DNA from: the human T2T-CHM13v2.0 reference genome, Homo sapiens
Assembly: GCF_009914755.1 (NCBI RefSeq)
Contig: NC_060929.1
DNA length: 64,000 nt
Direction: 5' to 3' (one strand)
Under the pieces are notes generated by a model. That model was given only the letters and a program-made list of their open reading frames with translations, was not told the DNA's origin and did not search any database. Shown in pieces: positions 40,780-55,195 of the stretch. Positions within the stretch are counted from its first letter, which is position 1. Each line of letters opens with the position of its first letter. Made by a program: the position numbers and the translations under genes.

Positions 40780-42174
40780 TCTTGTCCAAATCACAAAGCT
40801 AAAGTAGGGTGCAGAACTTGCACCTGGGAACTCTGGGTGCGGAGCCAGTGTCCTGCCACTGCTGGTGCACACGGGTGTTTGCTGTCAGGAGAACAAAATA
40901 TGATGATTCCAGCCGGCCAAGTAAAGGCCTGGACTTGAATTTCAAATTCCTCATTCCAATTTCCAGTGGAAACTGACAGATAGTAATCATGGGTAATCTT
41001 TGACCAAAACATGCTTCAGTGACAGGGACGCCTAGGAGCCAGGTACTGGATTAGCTTTCTGAAAGCTTCTGGTGCTAGAGATAAGGAGGGTGGGGAGAGG
41101 GGCGGAGAATATGGAAATCAAAGCGGTCAGACTTGTTTTGAGCTGGGTGGGGCCTGGAGAAGAGGCCCAAAGCGCAAATTGGGAACTGAGACTTCAGGTA
41201 GGTATGTTTTAAAATAACAAAAAGTACATTTTTTGTTTTAAAATAACAAAGGGTATGATTTAGCCTAGGTTGGCTGTGCTTGTGAAGGTTTGGTGCACAG
41301 TTTTCCCCTGGGTGGTGGTTTCTGATGCTGGGTTCAGGTCTTTGGGAGTTGTAGGTGCCTGGTGAATAACTGGAGGGCGGACTGTTTTGTAAGCTCTGGT
41401 CAGTGTTCAGTGAGTTAAGTCCAGCAGTCATTGGAGTCTATTGCTGTAGACTCTTGCCTTTTTAGGTGCATTTGGAAAATCCACCTAAGCCCTTTCCCCA
41501 TGGTGAACAAGTGGCTTTAGGTGGCAAGTGGCAGTCTTGGACACAGTAGGACATGTGGGATACTTGTCCTTGCTCTCCCTGCAGTTCCAGCCCAGTTCCT
41601 ACACTAGTCATTGTGTTGAATGAATGAGTGACTAAATGTAAAATGGAAATACTGACAGTTTATCGTCAACACCCTGTGGCCCCTCTCTGTTCAGCATTTA
41701 CCACTTTATCCATGTAATGGACAGAAATAAAAGGTCAGTAGGGTTTTCTGGATGTGTTTCCTTTAGGATGCTCTGCATGCCCTCTTGGCCATGTCTGTGC
41801 TGTGTGAAATTAACAAGTATCATTGGAGGCCTTGGCTTGTTACCTACAATCTACCTGTGTGCTTATTTTGTACCCAGACTGTGAAATTATTTTGTATCTA
41901 TAGCTCATTAGCTCAAGTGGTTGAAGAACCACACTAAAGAGCCACAGTTATGAATTTAGACCTTGTGTAGGCTAATTAACTAGCCTGTGTTCCTTGGGCA
42001 GAAAATTACCTAAATTTAGACCCAATTTAACTGACTGGCATCTGTGTCTGTGGTCAAAAAAGAGACTGACTTCTTAAGAGCATTGCAACTCCTTACCAGA
42101 AACATAAGAAAAGACAGTCCTTCGGTCCTGGTTTTGATGGGGCAGCTATGTCAACCTCATGTAAAGGACACTAT

Positions 42175-43232
42175 TGAGGACGAAACTCTGATTTTTTTAT
42201 CTTGCACAAATTCCTATGTAGGGGGTCTGGGGAGTCATGCCCTACAAACCATGAATTCCCATCAGATGGGTTTTATTTAACCCTATATATCATGACTTAT
42301 TTTCCAACCTGACTCTGGCATAACATTACGAGACAAGGAAGAAAATTAAAATATTTTACCCTAAAATATGTTTATTTGCCATATTTTGAAATGGCCCTGC
42401 AAAGCTCCTTCTTTGTGGGGGGAAAATGTGCATCTGTAAAGAATCTCTGTTAACATAGTTACATCTTTTTCTTCCAGACCCTCCCAAATTCTAAAGAGAT
42501 TAAGATCTGAATAGGAAACATGTGTCATCTGTTCCCTCTAAGGACAGCCACTGTAAGACTTCAAAAGAACTTTGGTCTCCACAATCTTTATCTTAACCTG
42601 AATGTTCCCTTTCTACCAATCCCAAGTCTTTAGACAAACTCAACCAATTGTCAACCAGAAAATGTTTAAATTCACCTACAGCCTGGAAGGCTGCTCCCCC
42701 GCCCGCCTTACAGTTGTCAAACTGATGTATTTCTTAAATGTATTTGATTGATGTCTCATGCCTCTCTAAAATGTATAAAACCAAGCTGTGCCCTGACCAC
42801 CCTGGGCATATGTTCTCAGGACCTCCTGAGGGCTGTGCACAGGTCATGGTCACTCATATTTGGCTCAGAATAAATCTCTTCAAACATTTTACAGAATTTG
42901 ACTCTCCCTTTTTTTTTTTTTTGAGACAGAGTTTTGCTCTTGTTGCCCAGCATGGAGTGCAATGGCATGATCTTGGCTCACTGCAGTCTCCACCTGCCGA
43001 GTTCAACTGATTTATCCTGCCTCAGCCTCCCAAGTAGCTGGGATTACAGGTGCCTGCTACCACGCCCGGCTAATTTTTTGTATTTTTAGTAGAGACAGGG
43101 TTTCACCATGTTGCCCAGGCTGGTCTTGATCTCCTGGCCTCAAGTGATTCACCGGCCTTGGCCTCCCAAACTGCTGGGATTACAGGCCTGAACCACCACG
43201 CCCGCCCAAGAGTTCAACTCTTTTCGTCAACA
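42175..43232 (+). mobile_element. MER4-family ERV1 solo LTR (split by Alu)
   Basis: TG...CA ends, 4-bp TSD CTAT, tggctcagaataaatctcttcaaa and ttttcgtcaaca terminus. Confidence 0.8.
42909..43208 (-). mobile_element. AluS inside MER4 LTR
   Basis: TSD agaatttgactct / agagttcaactct. Confidence 0.9.
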
Positions 43233-43377
43233 CTATGATTTCATTATTCAGTTCTTACACATTTGTGAGTCATTTATCCATAGTTTGTCAGAAAGACTCT
43301 AGACAACCTCCTCCTAGCTAGGGAAGAAATTCTCCAGAATGGTCAACCAACTCTCAAGACAGAAACAAGTCTCAATT

Positions 43378-43573
43378 CCAGCTTGGCCAACACAGTGAAA
43401 CCCCGTCTCTACTAAAAATATGAAAAATTAGGCTGGTGTGGTATGCGCTTGTATTCCCATCTATTCAGGAGGTTGAAGCAAGAGAATCGCTTGAACCTGG
43501 GAGGTGGAGGTTGCAGTGAACCTAGAACGAGCCCCTCACGCCAGCCTGGGCGATCAAGCAAGACCCTGTCTCA
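43378..43573 (+). mobile_element. 5' truncated Alu with G-rich tail
   Basis: TSD agaaaca(a/g)gtctcaa. Confidence 0.85.
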
Positions 43574-43780
43574 GGCGGGGGGCAAGTGAGCGGGGGAAGA
43601 AACAGGTCTCAAATATTTAATCAGGTTAAAAGCAGTGAATGTTCAGTATCCCAGGCTCTGTTACCTTAATCAAGCCCATTATGGACCCCGTTCACATTAG
43701 CATCTCACTTCTCTACTACAAACCTGTGCTTTATAAACAATGCTCGGGTTGGCCACTGTTATAATTTTGGACACACTTAA

Positions 43781-44099
<319 letters not shown>

Positions 44100-45034
44100 A
44101 TAAATAATCTTTAAAAAGGAATTTATTGTAGTATTATTTATATTAATGAGAAACAAAGTGTAACCCAGATGTTGGGAGTAAACAAATTGTTATATCCACA
44201 GAGAGGAAAGTTTTAGAGTCATTAAAAATGTTAAGCTTAAAACTATGCAGCAACTGGGAAAATGCGTATAATAAAATAAGTGGAGAGAAATTCAAGTTAC
44301 AAAATTGTACATTACATTATAATTACAACATATAAAAAATGCATATGGTATACATCAACACCTCTTCTTAGAAATACTAGGGAAATAAGGATGGGCATAA
44401 ATATTTAGCTTTAAGGATATTCAGCATAAAAAAGACCTAAAAATTAGAAACCACTTAAGTAAAAATTTGTTGAGTATATTTTGGGTATGTATTCCACAAC
44501 CATTTAAAATGTTGCAGAAATTCATTAAAGAAAGCTGTTTTATGTATTATTACTAAGAGACAAAAGCAAGTTCTAGACATGCTTGTGATGCTTAAAATGC
44601 TTTCAATGTGTTTCTATTTCTTAAAAAACAACTTGGAAGATATAAACAAGGGTGAGAAGTCTCCAAAGACAGATCCAAGTTTTGTGGAGCCTGAGGTTTA
44701 TATAAAAATCTATGGGAATCCTTCTTTAAAAACATCTTACTTTTGCAAATTTTACAACAACAACAACAGAAAGAATATACTATGTGAGCATATTGGTAGG
44801 CCTTGCAAGGGGCCCTGAGGTTTAAGCTTTAGTTGCTTTATGGGAAATTTTCTCCTGGGCTGTAGGTCTGCATTTCGGGGGCATCCAGCACACTGCTTCA
44901 GATTCTAGCAGTTACCTTGTAGGCACTCAGCTGATAAAGATACAAGCCTCGTAAATTGCCCTAAAGAACAAGCTCCTTTAATGTGATGGTTCTTTTATTT
45001 ACCTCAATTGAGTACATCCATCTTTGTTGTAGTT

Positions 45035-45222
45035 CAGTGTTCTCCGAGTGTGATGCCTGGACCATCAGTATCAGCATACTTGAGGAATTGTTAGAAATGA
45101 ACATTGTGGGGCTCCACCCCAGAGCTACCTAATCTGAAATTCTGGAAGTGCGGCCCAGTGATCTGTGTTTCAAAAGCACCTTCCCACCTTAGGGGATTCT
45201 GATGCAAATTGAAGTTTGAGGT
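45035..45222. mobile_element. MER5A hAT-Charlie MITE
   Basis: cagcat...tgttagaaatg...ctccacccc...ggcccagtgatctgtgttt...gattctgatgc...aagtttgag. Confidence 0.8.
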
Positions 45223-45966
45223 CTAATCCGGCTCAGTCGTTGCCAGCCCTCATTACAATACCAGGAAAGCTTCTTAAACTACTGGTTACTAGCTTCTGCA
45301 TCCAGAGGCTCTGTGTCCAATGAGAGAGAATGTTAACTCACCATGGCAAGCAAATAATTTACAGATTATGGCACTTTGAATAGAAAGAGGTTTAAATGGA
45401 TGGCTGTAGAGATGAACACTTCCGTCCGGGTACTTTGTCCTGTTTGTCTTTCCTAAACTCCTCCAGATAGTCAGTATCCTTAATTACTTGACTGAATAGC
45501 TGGACAGTGTTTTCTGCACAGGTCCACAATTATTATCACTAAGAGTTAGTTTGGTTGATTAGTTAACCTCAAATTCTGTATACCCTACTTAACTATCTTT
45601 AAACCCGCTGACGTTCTGTTTCCTTATCAGCAAAATATAAATTTTAGAAGAGTACATCCCTCTTAGGGATATTGTGAGGATTAAATAAGATAGAAATGCA
45701 AAAGATATTATTCACTTCCCCTTTTCCAGATACTCTCTAATTCTGTTCCCAGTTATATACTCCTATCTATCAAATCTTTTTAAAAAATCATTATTTCTTC
45801 CATTTCTCCATTCGATAAGCAGAATCTCATGAAGGTTTAAATGATGAAGAAATTGTTACCTTTATTTCCTTATAGGATGACTTCAGTTTTCTTGCCACAC
45901 TTACATTCCGTAGGAAGTTGGAAAAAGAAATACTCTTTCTGTGAGGATGGGACAAAGATGTTAGCT

Positions 45967-46591
45967 TTGTGCTATCCACTCTTCTAGTCACTAGCTACAT
46001 GTGTCTGTCTAGCATGTAAAATATGGCTAGAGCTACTAAGGAACTGAATTTTTCTTTATTTCTTTCTTTTAGAGACAGGGTCTCCCTTTGTTGCCCAGGC
46101 TGGACTCGAACTCCTGGGCCCAAGCAATGCTCCCACCTCACCTCCTGAGTAGCTTCGGACTATGGACACATGCCACCATGCCTGGCTAATTTTATTTATT
46201 TTCATAAATTTAAATTTAAAAACAGATACTCAATGCAAATATTGGAAAATGCTTAAGTTTGGAACAACTTGGGTATGTGAATTTGTTTTTTCAACTCTAA
46301 ATCTCCTGAAATCTAAATAGATGTCAAGTATTTGCAATAAAAATGTAGCATGGGAATTGAGATGTACAGTAAGTTTACAGGATTTTTAAAACCTAGTATG
46401 AAAAAAAGTAAAATATCCCAATAAGAGTTTTCATGGTGATTTCATGCTGAAATCATCATATTTTGCCTATATTGTTATTTTAAAAATATATTATTAAAAT
46501 TAATTTCACCAGCTTATTTGTACTTTATAAAATGAGGCTATCAGGAAATATAACATGTGGCATTATATTATATATCTCTTGGATAGCACTA
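45967..46591. mobile_element. Charlie1-family element, with an Alu monomer fragment at about 46050-46190
   Basis: ctagctacatgtg...aaggaactgaatttt...tttggaacaacttgggtatgtgaa...ttggatagcact. Confidence 0.7.
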
Positions 46592-46625
46592 TGTTAGATC
46601 CTAAAAGAAAACTGAAGTGGAATGA

Positions 46626-47098
<473 letters not shown>

Positions 47099-48278
47099 TG
47101 AAGCTGCTGATTTAACATCACTGATTTTCCGTATGGAGCATCTCAATGAAATGCATTTTTAAATGCTGTGATTTTGGACTTTCTGTGTTTTTTTTCTGTG
47201 AAGGTTTTCCTGGCATAGGAATGTAATTGTTCTGCCCTAGTGTTATTCTCTGTCCATAGAAGGGAGTTACCATTCTTGGAACTCAGATTTATAACCACTT
47301 TCTTATTTTCGTAATGCCTCCTAATATACTTTTTAAAAGGGACTTAACCTTCATATAATTCAGTTTTCCTTAAAATGTTTAATCACCCACTTTAGCAGCC
47401 TTGGCTTTGTGTGACTCATGGAATATGTGTATCATTTTATTTTTAAAACTTACTCATTAAACTGAGGACAATGAAGATTTCTTAAAAGGTAAATATAAAT
47501 AGAATGTCACTTAAGGATTATTTTCTGCTTTTATATGGTTTTTCCCATATTTTGAGGGTTCTTGCTCAAAATATCTCAGGCTGACTAATGAATTTTAGGC
47601 TGATACTTAGACATTCATGTTAACATTTGAAAATGATACTCGAACCCGGAGTTTGGGACTTAATGGAAGAAATGTTTTATTTCGGAACTTTATTACATTG
47701 ATGTTGGGCCTATTGTGTGATTATACTGTATCACAGGAGATTGCAGGCTTTTTATTCCTGATCTGTATAGTTTATTCTTTGTTGCTGCCTCCTATTACTG
47801 CAGGAGGGGTTTTCTCTGCTTGAAACACCAAGTTATCTGGACCATTTTAAGGGCACAGAAATAATACTTGTGCCCTTTTTGTATATGCCTCATGTGACTC
47901 CTTGACCTTGAACTTTGTATGATGGATGGCATTTCATGAAAAATAGCCCTTTTCTACCCCAGAAAAGTTTTTCATCTTCCTTAACAAGAGGCAATAACTG
48001 AGTCAAGACCATCAAAACTTGCAGCTCTTGCCCTACCCCGCATCAAATTGCAGCATATTGAGAGATGATAAATATGTAAAACATGAAGCCAGAGAGGCAA
48101 AGACGTCAGCTCAACATTTTACTGTTACTTTCAGATAGCATCAAAACTTGGCACATGATGTTGTGGACAGAACCGCAGGCTATATTTACTGATCTTGGTT
48201 CTGCCAATTACTTGTGTGTGACTCCTGCAAGTCAGTTAGCCTCCCTGGGTTTCCACATGGGTGAAATAAGATGCTCTT

Positions 48279-48568
48279 GGCTGGGCACGGTGGCTCACGC
48301 CTGTAATCCCAGCACTTTGGGATACCAAGGCAGGCAGATCACCTGAGGTCAGGAGTTCGAGACTAGCCTGGCCAACATGGTAAAACCACATCTCTACTAA
48401 AAATACAGAAATTAGCCCGACGTGGTGTCAGGTGCCTGTAGTCCCAGCTATTTGGGAGGCTGAGGCAGGAGAATCTCTTGAACCTGGGAGGCGGGAGGTT
48501 GCAGTGAGCCAAGATCACGCTACTGCACTCCAGCCTGGCGACAGAGCGAGACTCCGTCTCAAAAAAAA
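48279..48568 (+). mobile_element. AluSx-like
   Basis: Sense Alu; TSD atgctct. Confidence 0.9.
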
Positions 48569-49233
48569 TGCTCTCAAAAGTCTCATTAAGCTTTAAAATT
48601 CTGTATTTCCTGTTCAGGTCTCTTTCCAAGTCCCTCTGCTCCTCATCCATCTTTGTGTCCACTGATAATTGCTTCTGTAAGAGAGTACAAAAGCAGTTCA
48701 TTTATTTTTACTGGAGTTGTGCAAAGTCCCCCAGGCATCTGGGGGAAAAAAACCACACATCTTAATTGAAGTGTATTCAAGTCTCCCCAGTACCTCGTCA
48801 AAATTTATCATCTTCTACTCTTCTATGACATTTCTTGTAATCTCTACTAATTGAGAACAAACAACAGGGAATCTGGTCCTACTGTAAGTTATGATTATAA
48901 TAACCTTTCCTTGAAATAGACAGTTATTTTTTCACATTTCCTTAAGCACATGGCAGAGCTGTAGACAGGAAATCCTCAAGCCTCTGACCCTCTCTCCAAG
49001 GGGAAAATCAAAGCTTTGAAAAAATGGCAGAAGAAGAAAGAGAGGGAATGTTGATACAGGGGCGGGAAAAGAGAAAGAAAGGAAGGAAGTGAAAGTCTAT
49101 GTCTTTATGTGTCTACTGTATTTATGAGTTTGCTTTGTTTCTAAAGTGGAGTAAGGAAAGGTTATCATGTCAAGAAACTAGATCGTATGAAAGCTAAGCT
49201 GCTCCTGAGTGTTATCTAAATATAAAGATATAA

Positions 49234-49671
<438 letters not shown>

Positions 49672-49952
49672 TTAGCCTGCGTCTTTTGTGAAAACAACAA
49701 AAAAAAATTTTTAGCTTAAATTTATTTAAAACATATTCCATAGGTTGTGGGTATCTTTGCATTTATATATTTGGATGTTTTGCCAAGTTATAACAGTGAA
49801 AATAAAATGTCAGTAGTTAAAAAACCGTGATAAAATTTAAAACCATGGGGGTAATTGATTATAAAAGACCATTATGCCACAGATAAAATAAGTTGCCTGA
49901 GAGCCTGCCTGGAGCCATTAGTTAAAACATTGCCAATCTAATAATGATAGAA

Positions 49953-50244
49953 CTGGGCAGCCATGGTGGCTGATGCCTGTAATCCCATATCTTTGGGAGG
50001 CTAAAGTGGGAGGATCGTTTGAGGCCAGGAGTTTGAAACCAGTCTGGGCAACATAGCAAGACCCTATCTCTATAAAAACTTTAGAAGATAACTGGGCATG
50101 GTGGTACATGCCTATTGTGCTAGCTAGGCGGGAGGAATGCTTGAGCCCAGGAATTTGAGGTTACAGTAAGCTATGATCATGCTTCTGCTCTCCAGCCTAG
50201 GCAACAAAGTGAGACCCTATCTCAAAAAAAAAAAAAAAAAAAAA
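49953..50244 (+). mobile_element. AluJ with small deletion
   Basis: Diverged sense Alu, long A-tail. Confidence 0.85.
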
Positions 50245-50261
50245 ATTCATTCAGAAATTCA

Positions 50262-50565
<304 letters not shown>

Positions 50566-51192
50566 TTAAAGTAAACTTTCAAAAGTCTGTAGCTACTTTG
50601 TGTCAATTCTGCACAAGATGGGTTTTCCTAGTATTGGAATTTTGGAGGGTCTGCCCCTCTCTGTTGACATTTGGAAAAAAACAAATCTTCATTCATATAA
50701 TCTCAGACAGTTCTTAACCCCACTGCACATTAACATTACCTGGGGAGCTTAAAAACAAAAGTTATTCCTGTTCTTCACCCAACTCCCATACAACTGAATA
50801 CAATTTTCTGGAGAGGAGCTGGGTTGGGTATTACTTAGGCTCTTTGGAAGATTTTCCTGAGCAGAAAATGTTTAGAAGCACTGATCTAGGATAATAAGCA
50901 ATCATCTAGGAGGGAAGCCGTGTAGATATTTTGTTTTGATCTCAGAGGCATAAGAATGAATTAACCACTCCTCATTCCCCCAGAGATAATGTGTGGAAAA
51001 ACTTGTTTTCAAACCATCCCGAAGAAAAGCAAATGTGATTTAAGGCCAGATTGTTTCCAAGTGGCCTTTTGCAGTTCCTTTGTTCTGCATTCAGACTGAG
51101 TTGTGCGTGGAAATAGTTTAGGTATTAGTCCATGAACATGGAATTTGACCTTGGTAAGGAAATACATCCTCCGCTTTCCTCACTAACCAATT

Positions 51193-51490
51193 GTATTCAT
51201 TTGTTAGGGCTGCTGGAATAAAGTGCCACAGATGGGCGGCTTAGAACAACTGAAGTATACCTTCTTGGGTCTGGAGGCGAGAAGTCTGTGTAGCAGGGCC
51301 ATCCTGCCTCTGAAGTCTCTGTAAGGAAGAGTCCTTCCTTGCTTATTCCTAGCTTCTGGTTTTGCTGGCAGTTGTTGGAATTCCTTGGCTTGTAGGTGCA
51401 TTATTCTAGTCCTCTGTCCTTACATGGTCATCTTCTCCCTCTGTATGTATCCGTCTTGGTGTCTAAATGTTCCCCTTTATAAGAACAGTA
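51193..51490 (-). mobile_element. MLT1-family LTR fragment
   Basis: tagggctgc...aaagtgccacagatgggcggcttagaacaac...ctagcttctgg. Confidence 0.7.
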
Positions 51491-51672
51491 ATTTCTTGTA
51501 GTGAGACTGGCTTGTTCCCTTCCCATGGCATAGGCTCTCTGTCAGATATTACCTCAGTATGTGAAAGAACTTGCATGCCTCTTGCTTCTCAAGGCTGGAT
51601 TGGACTGACTCTAGGGCCCTTAGCCTCAGGCATTTGCTGAGGGGCCACTAAGTGGGTGGAAGATTAGATTTT

Positions 51673-51882
51673 AGTGTTTCCAAACTTTGTTGATGATGAG
51701 AATCACATAAGTTGCTTGTTAAGAACAGGGATTCCCAGGTCCTCTCCTTGAAGATTCTGGTTCAGTAGGTCTGGGTAGAACCAGGGAGCTGCATTTCAGT
51801 GAGGATCTCCCTGCACCATCCCTCCACCACCCAGCTCTTGCAGGTGATTCTTATCAATGAGTGAGCTTCAGAAACATTGGAC
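51673..51882. mobile_element. MER5B-like MITE
   Basis: gtgtttccaaact...agaatcac...cttgttaa...gattctggttcagtaggtctggg...caggtgattcttat. Confidence 0.65.
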
Positions 51883-52109
51883 TAAGTGACTTCTGCTCAG
51901 CATGCCAAGACTGTAAAGTTTCTGACATGTGTTCTTCCAGCAGAAGAGATTTCTAGTAGACTATTCAATATCTTTCCTCTCCTTTCTTAGTAAAAGAACC
52001 TTATCTTTTATTTGGGATGCAGTGAATTCAGTTAAAAGAGTTTCCTAGCCTTCTTTGAACTACGTTTGACTGACTAGGTTTGACCTGGTCAAAGAGAAGT
52101 GATGGGGGG

Positions 52110-52935
52110 TGCTATGGACTGAATGTTTGTGTCCCCTCAAAATTACTCTGTTGAAATCCTAATGCCCAAGGTGACTGGTATTTAGAGATGAGGCCTTTGG
52201 GAAGTGATTAGGTCATAGGTTTCATGCGCGTCCGTGTGAAGAGACAACCAAACAGGCTTTATGTGAGCAACATGGCTATTTATTTCACCTGGGTGCAGGC
52301 GGGTTGAGTCCGAAAAGAGACTCAGCAAAGGGTGGTGGATTTTCATTAGTTCTTATAGGTTTTGGGATAGGCAGTGAAGTTAAGAGCAATGTTTTGCCGG
52401 CAGGGGGTGGATCTCACAAAGTACATTCTCAAGGGTGGGGAGAATTACAGAGAACCTTCTTAAGGGTGGGGGAAATTATAAAGAACATTCTTAAGGGTGG
52501 CAGAGATTACAAAGTACATTGATCAGTGAGGGTGGGGCAGAAACAAATCACAATGGTGGAATGTCATCAGTTAAGGTTATTTTTACTTCTTTTGTGGATC
52601 TTCAGTTACTTCAGGCCATCTGGATGTATATGTGCAAGTCACAGGGGATGCGATGGCTTGGCCTGGGCTCAGAGGCCTGACAACAGGGATGGAACCCTCA
52701 TGAATGAGATTATTGCCCTTATTAAAAAGGCCCCAGAGAGCTACTTCATCCCTTCTGCCATATGAGGACACAGCAAGAAGACAGCTGTCTATGAACCAGG
52801 AATCAGGCTTTCACCAGACACCGACTCTGACGTGATCTTGGACTTCCCAGCCTCCAGAAGTGTCAGAAATAAATGTCTATTGTTTAAGCCACCCAGTCTG
52901 CAGTATTCTGTTACAGCAGCCTGAACTGAGGTAAA
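52110..52935 (+). mobile_element. MLT1A0 MaLR solo LTR (split by LTR7B)
   Basis: tgctatggactgaatgtttgtgtcccc...gtgattaggtcat | ggaaccctcatgaatgagatta...agaaataaatgtctattgtttaagccaccc. Confidence 0.85.
52220..52682 (-). mobile_element. LTR7B (HERV-H) solo LTR
   Basis: Reverse complement starts TGTCAGGCCTCTGAGCCC and ends GGACGCGCATGAAA; type II cttaagggtggg repeats; 5-bp TSD atagg/acagg. Confidence 0.9.
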
Positions 52936-54649
52936 ACAGGTGGAAGGCCCTGTCAAAGCATCCTTGTATGCTGCTGAAAGTTACACCGCCTCTTTTCCTT
53001 ATTCTATTTTTTTTCCTTTTATTCTATTTTTTTTATTCTATCTGAGATGAGGAATTGATGGTTAGCATGCTTGCTGCCGTCTTGAACCTTGGGGTGATCT
53101 TGTTAAGTCAGTGGAACCTATAGATTGAGGGAGCCCCAATTTCAAATTTCCTTAGGGCTATCATGCCAGCTCTGGGCTGACTCCTCTAAGCCTCTCTTTA
53201 TTTGTGTAGACTTATCTCTAGTTAAAACCACTTTATATGGGGTTTCCTTTTATATACAGTAGAACCTAATCTTTATTGATATATCCCCAAATTTGGAACT
53301 TTATGAGTTTCGTTTAAGTTATAAACATCACTAATCAAATCACCTAAATTCTGTCTTCAAGGTACATTTCCTGAGCCTAAAACTTGCCTTTCTTTCCTTA
53401 AGAGGAAAAGGAACAATTTGGAGTTTATATTTAAAAACTCTCTGAGTTCCAAGATGATTGGAACAAGTCTCAATGGGAGGAACAGGTCAAGTCACATTGT
53501 ACCTTTAGTGTCTCCTGGTGACAATGAAAGGGAGCTTTCAGTTGACACGTGCATGAAGGAAGGAAGGAGTGCTGGGTGAGAAGCAGCATAGGACTAGAGG
53601 AAAGCAAGAGAGTGATTGCTTTTCGTTATACTTTCCTACTTTTCAAGTCTGTTTATTGAGGGAATTCAGTTGTAATGATGTGTTGAAAGTGCTTTTTAAA
53701 TGATAAAATGCCTTATGTATGTTATTTACTGAGCACTGAGTTATATATAAGGATGTTCAGATACACTACGACAGTTTTTCCAAGTGACAACTGCTAGATA
53801 TTAACAGGTGTCATAAGCAAGAAAAGTTTGTGACAAACGGGTTTGGGAAATGTCATGTCAGGTCTCTTTATTACAGGACTTCTCAGTGCCTTTAACGTAT
53901 TAATGTACATTGTGAGTATCAAAGAAAAAGGAAGGTTGTGGGGAAGGGGATATGCCATGCGGTATTATTTTTTAATATTAAAAATATGGGTGTCTTGAAG
54001 AATAGAACAACCTTGGAGAAAGGCAGCTTTAGGAAGAATTATGTAAAGATGTAAGAATACATATTTAGTACCTACTAGATGCAAGGTTCCAGAGCATACA
54101 TAAAATGAGACACATTGTCCTTGAATTCTGAAAACAAACACTTTTTATGGGTTGGTGGGGCGCAAAACATTTACATGTGGAAGAATAATATTTAGGATAG
54201 AATCTAAGTGCCACTTGTACCCAACATTGTACCCAATAGGTAACTTTTCAACCTTCATTCAGTCCCTGTCTTCTGAGAGCTTATGATGTAGGGCTGGTGA
54301 GGATGGTGGATAAGGATGAGGCCAAGGATAACATGGAGTGGGATTAGAGAACACAGGCAGTGGTGAAGAGGTTCAAAGAAGACAATTGTCACACCCAAGA
54401 GAGGGATTACGGAGGGGAAGGAGAGACTCACTAAAGGGAGGATCTCACAAGATAGGCAGAATTTCAAGAGAGATGGGATTGAGGTCATTTTGTGGGCTGA
54501 AGCTATCCTCCTACTTCAGCCTCCTGAGTAGCCGGTCTTGAACTTCTGGACTCAACAGTACTTTCTAATACTGGAGTTATTAGAAAAAAAAACAAACCCA
54601 AAACTTAAAAAGGAAGACCCTTATCCTTCACTGAGGATCTGTTTCTTTT

Positions 54650-54794
54650 TTAAAAAAATTTTAAACATTGTTTTATAAAGATAATGTCTCACTGTGTTAC
54701 TCAAGCTGGTCTTGAACTCTTGGTCTCAATTGACCTTCCTTCCTCTTGACTCCCAAAGTATTGGGATTACAGGCGTGAGCCGCCGTACTTGGCT
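54650..54794 (-). mobile_element. FLAM/Alu left monomer
   Basis: Diverged monomer. Confidence 0.75.
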
Positions 54795-54855
54795 GAGGAG
54801 CTTTTTAATGGGAAATTCTTAGATGGCTTCATTGTCTATGGGTGTAATTTCCTGA

Positions 54856-55195
<340 letters not shown>

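Larger units (their letters stand above)
51960..53280 (+). mobile_element. Old ERVL LTR remnant (LTR33-like), split by MLT1A0
   Basis: ttcttagtaaaagaacc...tttcctagccttctttg...tgactag; resumes after 52935. Confidence 0.45.

Noticed and set aside
44665-44860. Possible hAT-Tip100 fossil
   Set aside because: Resemblance too weak to call a family by eye
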